Shown here: one piece after another, positions 40,001-52,000 of the stretch
Numbering within the stretch: position 1 is the first letter of the stretch
Layout of the letters: each line of letters begins with the position of its first letter
Origin: Nemertoderma westbladi
Lineage: Eukaryota; Animalia; Xenacoelomorpha
Assembly (NCBI GenBank): GCA_032718475.1
Contig: JAUCBJ010004655.1
Coordinates: 1 to 64,000, forward strand
Direction: 5' to 3'
DNA length: 64,000 nucleotides
Notes under the pieces: model-generated
Database searches by the model: none
What the model saw: the letters and a program-made list of their open reading frames with translations, nothing else
Told to the model about the DNA's origin: nothing
Made by a program: the position numbers and the translations under genes

Positions 40001-43000
40001 TGGATGAACGCTGTGGTACCATGTGGATTTAGTTGGGTGAATAATGTGGTGCCATGTCAGTTAGTTGGATGAACGCTGTGGTACCATATGGATTTAGTTG
40101 GGTGAACACTGTGTTACCATGTGGATTTAGTTGGGTGAATGCTGTGGTACCATGTGGATTTAGTTGGGTGAACGCCGTGGTACCCTGTGGATTTAGTTGG
40201 GTGAATGCTGTGGTACCATGTGTATTTAGTTGGGTGAACACTATGGTACCATGTGGATTTAGTTGGGTGAACACTGTGGTACCATGTGGATTTAGTTGGA
40301 TGAACGCTGTTGTACCATGTGGATTTAGTTGGGTGAATACTGTGGTGCCATGTCAGTTAGTTGGAGACCGCTGTGGTACCATGTGGATTTAGTTGGGTGA
40401 ACACTGTGGTACCTTGTGGATTTAGTTGGATGAACGCTGTGGTACCATGTCAGTTAGTTGGATGAACGCTGTGGTACCATATGGATTTAGTTGGGTGAAC
40501 ACTGTGTTACCATGTGGATTTAGTTGGGTGAATGCTGTGGTACCATGTGGATTTAGTTGGATCAACGCTGTGGTACCATGTGGATTTAGTTGGGTGAACA
40601 CTGTGGTACCATGTGGATTTAGTTGGATGAACGCTGTGGTACCATATGGATTTAGTTGGGTGAACACTGTGGTACCATGTGGATTTAGTTGGATGAACGC
40701 TTTGGTACCATGTGGATTTAGTTGGGTGAACACTATGGTACCATGTCGATTTAGTTGGGTGAATACTGTGGTGCCAGTCAATTAGTTGGATGAACGCTGT
40801 GGTACCATATGGATTTAGTTGGGTGAACACTGTGTTACCATGTGGATTTAGTTGGGTGAATGCTGTGGTACCATGTGGATTTAGTTGGATCAACGCTGTG
40901 GTACCATGTGGATTTAGTTGGGTGAACACTATGGTACCATGTGGATTTAGTTGGGTGAATACTGTGGTGCCATGTCAGTTAGTTGGATGAACGCTGTGGT
41001 ACCATATGGATTTAGTTGGGTGAACACTGTGTTACCATGTGGATTTAGTTGGGTGAATGCTGTGGTACCATGTGGATTTAGTTGGATCAACGCTGTGGTA
41101 CCATGTGGATTTAGTTGGGTGAACACTATGGTACCATGTGGATTTAGTTGGGTGAACACTGTGGTACCATGTGGATTTAGTTGCGTGAACACTATGGTAC
41201 CATGTGGATTTAGTTGGGTGAACACTGTGGTACCATGTGGATTTAGTTGGATGAATGCTGTGGTACCATGTGGATTTAGTTGGGTGAACACTATGGTACC
41301 TTGTGGAGTTAGTTGGGTGAACACTATGGTACCATGGGGATTTAGTTGGGTGAACACTGTGGTACCATGTGGATTTAGTTGGATGAACGCTGTGGTACCA
41401 TGTGGATTTAGTTGGGTGAACACTATGGTACCTTGTGGAGTTAGTTGGGTGAACACTATGGTACCATGGGGATTTAGTTGGATGAACGCTGTGGTACCAT
41501 GTGGATTTAGTTGGGTGAATAATGTGGTGCCATGTCAGTTAGTTGGATGAACGCTGTGGTACCATATGGATTTAGTTGGGTGAACACTGTGGTACCATGT
41601 GGATTTAGTTGGATGAACGCTTTGGTACCATGTGGATTTAGTTGGGTGAACACTATGGTACCATGTGAATTTAGTTCGGTGAACACTGTGTTACCATGTT
41701 GATTTAGTTGGGTGAATGCTGTGGTACCATGTGGTTTTAGTTGGGTGAACACTATGGTACCATGTGGATTTAGTTGGGTGAAAACTGTGGTACCATGTGG
41801 AATTAGTTTGGTGAACGCCGTGGTACCCTGTGGATTTAATTGGGTGAACGGCGAACGCCGTGGTACCCTGTGGATTTAGTTGGGTGAACGCCGTGGTACC
41901 CTGTGGATTTAGTTGGGTGAAAGCTGTGGAACCATGTCAGTTAGTTGGGTGAACGCCGTGGTACCCTGTGGATTTAGTTGGGTGAACACTGTGTTACCAT
42001 GTGGATTTAGTTGGATGAACGCTGTGGTACCATTTGGATTTAGTTGGGTGAATACTGTGGTGCCATGTCAGTTAGTTGGATGAACGCTGTGGTACCATAT
42101 GGATTTAGTTGGGCGAACACTGTGTTACCATGTGGATTTAGTTGGGTGAATGCTGTGGTACCATGTGGATTTAGTTGGATCAACGCTGTGGTACCATGTG
42201 GATTTAGTTGGGTGAACACTATGGTACCATGTGGATTTAGTTGGGTGAACACTGTGGTACCATGGGGATTTAGTTGGATGAACGTTGTGGTACCATGTGG
42301 ATTTAGTTGGGTGAACACTATGGTACCTTGTGGAGTTAGTTGGGTGAACACTATGGTACCATGGGGATTTAGTTGGGTGAACACTGTGGTACCATGTGGA
42401 TTTAGTTGGATGAACGCTGTGGTACCATATGGATTTAGTTGGGTGAACACTGTGGTACCATGTGGATTTAGTTGGATGAACGCTTTGGTACCATGTGGAT
42501 TTAGTTGGGTGAACACTATGGTACCATGTGGATTTAGTTCGGTGAGCACTGTGTTACCATGTTGATTTAGTTGGGTGAATGCTGTGGTACCATGTGGTTT
42601 TAGTTGGGTGAACACTATGGTACCATGTGGATTTAGTTGGGTGAAAGCTGTGGTACCATGTGGATTTAGTTTGGTGAACGCCGTGGTACCATGTCAGTTA
42701 GTTGGATGAACGCTGTGGTACCATGTGGATTTAGTTGAGTGAACACTGTGGTGCCATGTGGATTTAGTTGGGTGAACGCCGTGGTACCCTGTGGATTTAA
42801 TTGGGTGAACGACGAACGCCGTGGTACCCTGTGGATTTAGTTGGGTGAACGCCGTGGTACCCTGTGGATTTAGTTGGGTGAAAGCTGTGGAACCATGTCA
42901 GTTAGTTGGGTGAACGCCGTGGTACCATTTCAGTTAGTTGGATGAAAGCTGTGGTACCCTGTGGATTTAGTTGGGTGAACGCCGTGGTACCCTGTGGATT

Positions 43001-46000
43001 TAGTTGGGTGAAAGCTGTGGAACCATGTCAGTTAGTTGGGTGAACGCCGTGGTACCATGTCAGTTAGTTGGATGAACGCTGTGGTACCCTGTGGATTTAG
43101 TTGGGTGAACGCCGTGGTACCCTGTGGATTTAGTTGGGTGAACGCTGTGGAACCATGTCAATTAGTTGGATGAACGCCGTGGTACCATGTCAGTTAGTTA
43201 GATGAACGCCGTGGTACCGTGTGGATTTAGTTGGGTGAACACTGTGTTACCATGTGGATTTAGTTGGGTGAACGCTGTGGTACCATGTGGATTTAGTTGG
43301 GTGAACACTGTGGTACTATGTGGATTTAGTTGGGTGAACACCGTGTTACCATGTTGATTTAGTTGGGTGAATGCTGTGGTACCATGTGGTTTTAGTTGGG
43401 TGAACACTGTGGTACCATGTGGATTTAGTTGGGTGAATGCTGTGGTACCATGTGGATTTAGTTAGGTGAACGCTGTGGTACCCTGTGAATTTAGTTGGGT
43501 GAAAGCTGTGGAACCATGACAGTTAGTTGGGTGAACGCCGTGGTACCCTGTGGATTTAGTTGGGTGAACACTGTAGTACCATGTGGATTTAGTTGAGTGA
43601 ATGCTGTGGTACCATGCGGATTTAGTTGGGTGAACGCTTTGGTACCATGTGGATTTAGTTCAGTGAACGCTATGGTACCTTGTGGATTTAGTTGGGTGAA
43701 AGCTTTGGTACCATGTGGATTTAATTGAGTGAACACTGTGGTACCATGTGGATTTAGTTGGGTGAAAGCTGTGGTACCATGTGAATTTAGTTGGGTGAAC
43801 GCTGTGGTACCATGTGGATTTAGTTGGGTGAACGCTGTTACCATGTGGATTTAGTTGGGTGAACGCTGTGGTACCATGTGGATTTAGTTGGGTGAAGACT
43901 GTTACCATGTGGATTTAGTTGGGTGAACGCTGTTGTACCTTGTGGATTTAGTTGGGTGAAAGCTGTGGTACCATGTCAGTTAGTTGGGTGAAAGCCGTGG
44001 TACCCTGTGGATTTAGTTGGGTGAACTCTGTGTTACCATGTGGATTTAGTTGGGTGAACGCTGTGGTACCATGTGGATTTAGTTGGGTGAACGCTGTTAC
44101 CATGTGGATTTAGTTGGGTGAACGCTGTGGTACCATGTGGATTTAGTTGGGTGAACGCTGTTACCATGTGGATTTAGTTGGGTGAACGCTGTGATACCTT
44201 GTGGATTTAGTTGGGTGAAAGCTGTGGTACCATGTCAGTTAGTTGGGTGAAAGCCGTGGTACCCTGTGGATTTAGTTGGGTGAACACTGTGTTACCATGT
44301 GGATTTAGTTGGGTGAACGCTGTGGTACCCTGTGGATTTAGTTGGGTGAACACTGTGTTACCATGTGGATTTAGTTGGGTGAAAGCTTTGGTACCATGTG
44401 GATTTAGATGGGTGAACGCCGTGGTACCATGTGGATTTAGTTGAGTGAACACTGTGGTACCATGTGGATTTAGTTGGGGGAAAGCTTTGGTACCATGTGG
44501 ATTTAGTTGGGTGAAAGCTTTGGTACCATGTGGATTTAGTTGGGTGAACACTGTGTTACCATGTGGATTTAGTTGGGTGAACACCATGGTACCATGTGGA
44601 TTTAGTTGGGTGAACACTGTGGTACCTTGTGGATTTAGTTGGGTGAACACTGTGGTACCATGTGGATTTAGTTGGGTGAACACTGTGGTACCTTGTGGAT
44701 TTAGTTGGGTGAACACTGTGGTACCATATGGATTTAGTTGGGTGAACACTGTGGTAACTTGTGGATTTAGTTGGGTGAACACTATGGTACCATGTGGATT
44801 TAGTTGGGTGAACAATGTGATACCTTGTGGATTTAGTTGGGTGAACACTGTGGTACCATATGGATTTAGTTGGGTGAACACTGTGGTACCTTGTGGATTT
44901 AATTGGGTGAACACTGTGGTACCATGTGGATTTAGTTGGGTGAAAGCTTTGGTACCATGTGGATTTAGTTGGGTGAACACTGTGGTACCATGTGGATTTA
45001 GTTGGGTGATCACTGTGGTACCTTGTGGATTTAGTTGGGTGAACACTGTGGTACCTTGTGGATTTAGTTGGGTGAACACTATGGTACCATGTGGATTTAG
45101 TTGGGTGAACACTGTGCTACCTTGTGGATTTAGTTGGGTGAACACTGTGGTACCATATGGATTTAGTTGGGTGAACACTGTGTTACCATGTGGATTTAGT
45201 TGGGTGAAAGCTTTGGTACCATGTGGATTTAGATGGGTGAACGCCGTGGTACCATGTGGATTTAGTTGAGTGAACACTGTGGTACCATGTGGATTTAGTT
45301 GGGTGAAAGCTTTGGTACCATGCGGATTTAGTTGGGTGAACACTGTGGTACCTTGTGGATTTAGTTGGGTGAACACTGTGGTGCCATGTGGATTTAGTTG
45401 GGTGAACACTATGGTACCTTGTGGAGTTAGTTGGGTGAATACTGTGGTACCATGTCAGTTAGTTGGATGAACGCTGTGGTACCATATGGATTTAGTTGGG
45501 TAAACACTGTGTTACCATTTGGATTTAGTTGGGTAAACACTGTGGTACCATGTGGATTTAGTTGGGTGAACACTATGGTACCTTGTGGAGTTAGTTGGGT
45601 GAATACTGTGGTACCATGTCAGTTAGTTGGATGAACGCTGTGGTACCATATGGATTTAGTTGGGTAAACACTGTGTTACCATTTGGATTTAGTTGGGTAA
45701 ACACTGTGGTACCATGTGGATTTAGTTGGGTGAACACTATGGTACCTTGTGGAGTTAGTTGGGTGAATACTGTGGTACCATGTCAGTTAGTTGGATGAAC
45801 GCTGTGGTACCATATGGATTTAGTTGGGTAAACACTGTGTTACCATGTGGATTTAGTTGGGCGAACACTGTGTTACCATGTGGATTTAGTTGGGTGAATG
45901 CTGTGGTACCATGTGGATTTAGTTGGATCAACGCTGTGGTACCATGTGGATTTAGTTGGGTGAACACTATGGTACCATGTGGATTTAGTTGGGTGAACAC

Positions 46001-49000
46001 TGTGGTACCATGGGGATTTAGTTGGATGAACGTTGTGGTACCATGTGGATTTAGTTGGGTGAACACTATGGTACCTTGTGGAGTTAGTTGGGTGAACACT
46101 ATGGTACCATGGGGATTTAGTTGGGTGAACACTGTGGTACCATGTGGATTTAGTTGGATGAACGCTGTGGTACCATATGGATTTAGTTGGGTGAACACTG
46201 TGGTACCATGTGGATTTAGTTGGATGAACGCTTTGGTACCATGTGGATTTAGTTGGGTGAACACTATGGTACCATGTGGATTTAGTTCGGTGAGCACTGT
46301 GTTACCATGTTGATTTAGTTGGGTGAATGCTGTGGTACCATGTGGTTTTAGTTGGGTGAACACTATGGTACCATGTGGATTTAGTTGGGTGAAAGCTGTG
46401 GTACCATGTGGATTTAGTTTGGTGAACGCCGTGGTACCATGTCAGTTAGTTGGATGAACGCTGTGGTACCATGTGGATTTAGTTGAGTGAACACTGTGGT
46501 GCCATGTGGATTTAGTTGGGTGAACGCCGTGGTACCCTGTGGATTTAATTGGGTGAACGACGAACGCCGTGGTACCCTGTGGATTTAGTTGGGTGAACGC
46601 CGTGGTACCCTGTGGATTTAGTTGGGTGAAAGCTGTGGAACCATGTCAGTTAGTTGGGTGAACGCCGTGGTACCATTTCAGTTAGTTGGATGAAAGCTGT
46701 GGTACCCTGTGGATTTAGTTGGGTGAACGCCGTGGTACCCTGTGGATTTAGTTGGGTGAAAGCTGTGGAACCATGTCAGTTAGTTGGGTGAACGCCGTGG
46801 TACCATGTCAGTTAGTTGGATGAACGCTGTGGTACCCTGTGGATTTAGTTGGGTGAACGCCGTGGTACCCTGTGGATTTAGTTGGGTGAACGCTGTGGAA
46901 CCATGTCAATTAGTTGGATGAACGCCGTGGTACCATGTCAGTTAGTTAGATGAACGCCGTGGTACCGTGTGGATTTAGTTGGGTGAACACTGTGTTACCA
47001 TGTGGATTTAGTTGGGTGAACGCTGTGGTACCATGTGGATTTAGTTGGGTGAACACTGTGGTACTATGTGGATTTAGTTGGGTGAACACCGTGTTACCAT
47101 GTTGATTTAGTTGGGTGAATGCTGTGGTACCATGTGGTTTTAGTTGGGTGAACACTGTGGTACCATGTGGATTTAGTTGGGTGAATGCTGTGGTACCATG
47201 TGGATTTAGTTAGGTGAACGCTGTGGTACCCTGTGAATTTAGTTGGGTGAAAGCTGTGGAACCATGACAGTTAGTTGGGTGAACGCCGTGGTACCCTGTG
47301 GATTTAGTTGGGTGAACACTGTAGTACCATGTGGATTTAGTTGAGTGAATGCTGTGGTACCATGTGGATTTAGTTGGGTGAACGCTTTGGTACCATGTGG
47401 ATTTAGTTCAGTGAACGCTATGGTACCTTGTGGATTTAGTTGGGTGAAAGCTTTGGTACCATGTGGATTTAATTGAGTGAACACTGTGGTACCATGTGGA
47501 TTTAGTTGGGTGAAAGCTGTGGTACCATGTGAATTTAGTTGGGTGAACGCTGTGGTACCATGTGGATTTAGTTGGGTGAACGCTGTTACCATGTGGATTT
47601 AGTTGGGTGAACGCTGTGGTACCATGTGGATTTAGTTGGGTGAAGACTGTTACCATGTGGATTTAGTTGGGTGAACGCTGTTGTACCTTGTGGATTTAGT
47701 TGGGTGAAAGCTGTGGTACCATGTCAGTTAGTTGGGTGAAAGCCGTGGTACCCTGTGGATTTAGTTGGGTGAACTCTGTGTTACCATGTGGATTTAGTTG
47801 GGTGAACGCTGTGGTACCATGTGGATTTAGTTGGGTGAACGCTGTGGTACCATGTGGATTTAGTTGGGTGAACGCTGTTACCATGTGGATTTAGTTGGGT
47901 GAACGCTGTGGTACCATGTGGATTTAGTTGGGTGAACGCTGTGGTACCATATGGATTTAGTTGGGTGAACGCTGTGGTACCATGTGGATTTAGTTGGGTG
48001 AACGCTGTTACCATGTGGATTTAGTTGGGTGAACGCTGTGGTACCATGTGGATTTAGTTGGGTGAACGCTGTTACCATGTGGATTTAGTTGGGTGAACGC
48101 TGTGATACCTTGTGGATTTAGTTGGGTGAAAGCTGTGGTACCATGTCAGTTAGTTGGGTGAAAGCCGTGGTACCCTGTGGATTTAGTTGGGTGAACACTG
48201 TGTTACCATGTGGATTTAGTTGGGTGAACGCTGTGGTACCCTGTGGATTTAGTTGGGTGAACACTGTGTTACCATGTGGATTTAGTTGGGTGAAAGCTTT
48301 GGTACCATGTGGATTTAGATGGGTGAACGCCGTGGTACCATGTGGATTTAGTTGAGTGAACACTGTGGTACCATGTGGATTTAGTTGGGGGAAAGCTTTG
48401 GTACCATGTGGATTTAGTTGGGTGAAAGCTTTGGTACCATGTGGATTTAGTTGGGTGAACACTGTGTTACCATGTGGATTTAGTTGGGTGAACACCATGG
48501 TACCATGTGGATTTAGTTGGGTGAACACTGTGGTACCTTGTGGATTTAGTTGGGTGAACACTGTGGTACCATGTGGATTTAGTTGGGTGAACACTGTGGT
48601 ACCTTGTGGATTTAGTTGGGTGAACACTGTGGTACCATATGGATTTAGTTGGGTGAACACTGTGGTAACTTGTGGATTTAGTTGGGTGAACACTATGGTA
48701 CCATGTGGATTTAGTTGGGTGAACAATGTGATACCTTGTGGATTTAGTTGGGTGAACACTGTGGTACCATATGGATTTAGTTGGGTGAACACTGTGGTAC
48801 CTTGTGGATTTAATTGGGTGAACACTGTGGTACCATGTGGATTTAGTTGGGTGAAAGCTTTGGTACCATGTGGATTTAGTTGGGTGAACACTGTGGTACC
48901 ATGTGGATTTAGTTGGGTGATCACTGTGGTACCTTGTGGATTTAGTTGGGTGAACACTGTGGTACCTTGTGGATTTAGTTGGGTGAACACTATGGTACCA

Positions 49001-52000
49001 TGTGGATTTAGTTGGGTGAACACTGTGCTACCTTGTGGATTTAGTTGGGTGAACACTGTGGTACCATATGGATTTAGTTGGGTGAACACTGTGTTACCAT
49101 GTGGATTTAGTTGGGTGAAAGCTTTGGTACCATGTGGATTTAGATGGGTGAACGCCGTGGTACCATGTGGATTTAGTTGAGTGAACACTGTGGTACCATG
49201 TGGATTTAGTTGGGTGAAAGCTTTGGTACCATGCGGATTTAGTTGGGTGAACACTGTGGTACCTTGTGGATTTAGTTGGGTGAACACTGTGGTGCCATGT
49301 GGATTTAGTTGGGTGAACACTATGGTACCTTGTGGAGTTAGTTGGGTGAATACTGTGGTACCATGTCAGTTAGTTGGATGAACGCTGTGGTACCATATGG
49401 ATTTAGTTGGGTAAACACTGTGTTACCATTTGGATTTAGTTGGGTAAACACTGTGGTACCATGTGGATTTAGTTGGGTGAACACTATGGTACCTTGTGGA
49501 GTTAGTTGGGTGAATACTGTGGTACCATGTCAGTTAGTTGGATGAACGCTGTGGTACCATATGGATTTAGTTGGGTAAACACTGTGTTACCATTTGGATT
49601 TAGTTGGGTAAACACTGTGGTACCATGTGGATTTAGTTGGGTGAACACTATGGTACCTTGTGGAGTTAGTTGGGTGAATACTGTGGTACCATGTCAGTTA
49701 GTTGGATGAACGCTGTGGTACCATATGGATTTAGTTGGGTAAACACTGTGTTACCATGTGGATTTAGTTGGGTAAACACTGTGATACCATGTGGATTTAG
49801 TTGGGTGAACACTGTGGTACCATGTGGATTTAGTTGGGTGAACACTATGGTACCTTGTGGAGTTAGTTGGGTGAATACTGTGGTACCATGTCAGTTAGTT
49901 GGATGAACGCTGTGGTACCATATGGATTTAGTTGGGTAAACACTGTGTTACCATTTGGATTTAGTTGGGTAAACACTGTGGTACCATGTGGATTTAGTTG
50001 GGTGAACACTATGGTACCTTGTGAAGTTAGTTGGGTGAATACTGTGGTACCGTGTCAGTTAGTTGGATGAACGCTGTGGTACCATATGGATTTAGTTGGG
50101 TGAACACTGTGTTACCATGTGGATTTAGTTGGGTAAACACTATGGTACCTTGTGGAGTTAGTTGGGTGAATACTGTGGTACCATGTCAGTTAGTTGGATG
50201 AACGCTGTGGTACCATATGGATTTAGTTGGGTAAACACTGTGTTACCATTTGGATTTAGTTGGGTAAACACTGTGGTGCCATGTGGATTTAGTTGGGTAA
50301 ACACTATGGTACCTTGTGGAGTTAGTTGGGTGAATACTGTGGTACCATGTCAGTTAGTTGGATGAACGCAATGGTACCATATGGATTTAGTTGGGTAACC
50401 ACTATGGTACCATGTGTATTTAGTTGGGTGAACGCTGTGGTAGCATGCGTGAGGTTATTTGGGTGAACAATAGGTGGCATATCTTTCGCGGGTAGGACTA
50501 CATAATTGTTTTGCATTGCATTTTTGTAGCCTGAAGATGAATGCGCTGATGATGCTGAGTGCCGACTAACCGGGAGCGGCGGAAGAGTTTGTCGATGTTT
50601 GTCGGGATTCAGTGGAAATGGAAAGAGCTGTACAAGTTAGTCTTAGGAATTTATCAAGAAATTAAACTCAATATAAAATTTGTCTTATTTTATTACCAAC
50701 TTATCTCAATCCAACTGTAATTTAATTTAATTCACTATTCTAATTGTCCTACTTATTTAATCTCTGCTTATCTTGCAGACATCAATGAATGTTTGGATGG
50801 CTCAGCGAGATGCGATGAGTCAAATGGTAATTGTATCGATACAGACGGGAGTTACGAATGCGAATGTCGGGAAGGTTACACTGGTAGTGGGTTTAATTGC
50901 GAACGTAAGTAATACTGTAATTGTTCGAAATATTAAAAGCTTGTGGATTGTTTGTGAGACATTAAACCGAACCGAATCAATTAGTTACATTATTAATGTA
51001 TTTACGTTCCCTTTAACTTGCGACCGTCGGTATTGTTACATTGATTATGAGGAAGGGTGTGTTTGATTCAGATATTATGTGATGTAAATTGTGTAGGATT
51101 TAGACTCTAAGGTATGAAGAATGTCTCACTTTGTCCTTTTATGACGCCACAATCTTGTATATATTATATTATATTATAGCGATGTGCCGACCTGGAGTTT
51201 GTCGTCATAAACAGACATGCTCTGTCGTAAACAACGCGGCAGTTTGTGAGTGTGTCTGTCAGGACCCGCATTGTGAACCTCTACCAGGGGAAGTCTGTGG
51301 GTCTGACGGTAACACGTATCCTAGCAACGCAGACCTCTTCGAAACATCGTGTCGATTGCCCTCGGAGGAACCAAGATTGACAGTCAGTTACTTCGGAGCC
51401 TGCGAAGGTGAGTGACTCATTAATTATGTTTCTGTAATCATAATTGAACAGTCTGATCCTCTTTGTCTGTCAACAGCCTTTCTAAACACCATCCCCATGG
51501 CTCCCCTGTCACCAGCCAACCAAATACTATCCTTGATCTTTGACTGCCCATCACCAGACTACCAAATACCATTTTTTGCTGTGACACCTCTAGATGGCTC
51601 CCGTATATATTACTGTAAGCATATGCCTACAATTTACTAAACAATACATTCGTTAATTAACAACAGATGAGTGTGATGGAGTTACGTGCCGAGATGGGAC
51701 TAGCTGTGAGGTTGTGGATGGATTAGCGAACTGCGTATGCGATCCTTGTACACCCGAGTCGTACGACAGCGGACTTGTATGCGCGCAGCACCATCAGTTC
51801 GAATCGGAATGCGGTCTACATATATACAACTGTGCGAGCAGTAGTCAGCTCGTTGTCACTAATCCAGGGCCTTGCCCGCAACGTTAGTCATAATTTATAT
51901 ATAAACTTTTTTTCACTAATTTAATTTCATTGTCTCAGATATAAACTAAAAAAATTATAAATTGTAATATTACCACTAATCTTTATTGTAAAGTAAAAGT

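Noticed and set aside
1-50468. CRISPR array interpretation of the 30-40 bp repeats
   Set aside because: Units are contiguous with no unique spacers, there are no cas genes, and the context is spliceosomal.
28583-50516. Many ORFs on both strands over the 32/55, 88 and 33-bp arrays
   Set aside because: Repeat translations; the flanking true exons join in phase without them.
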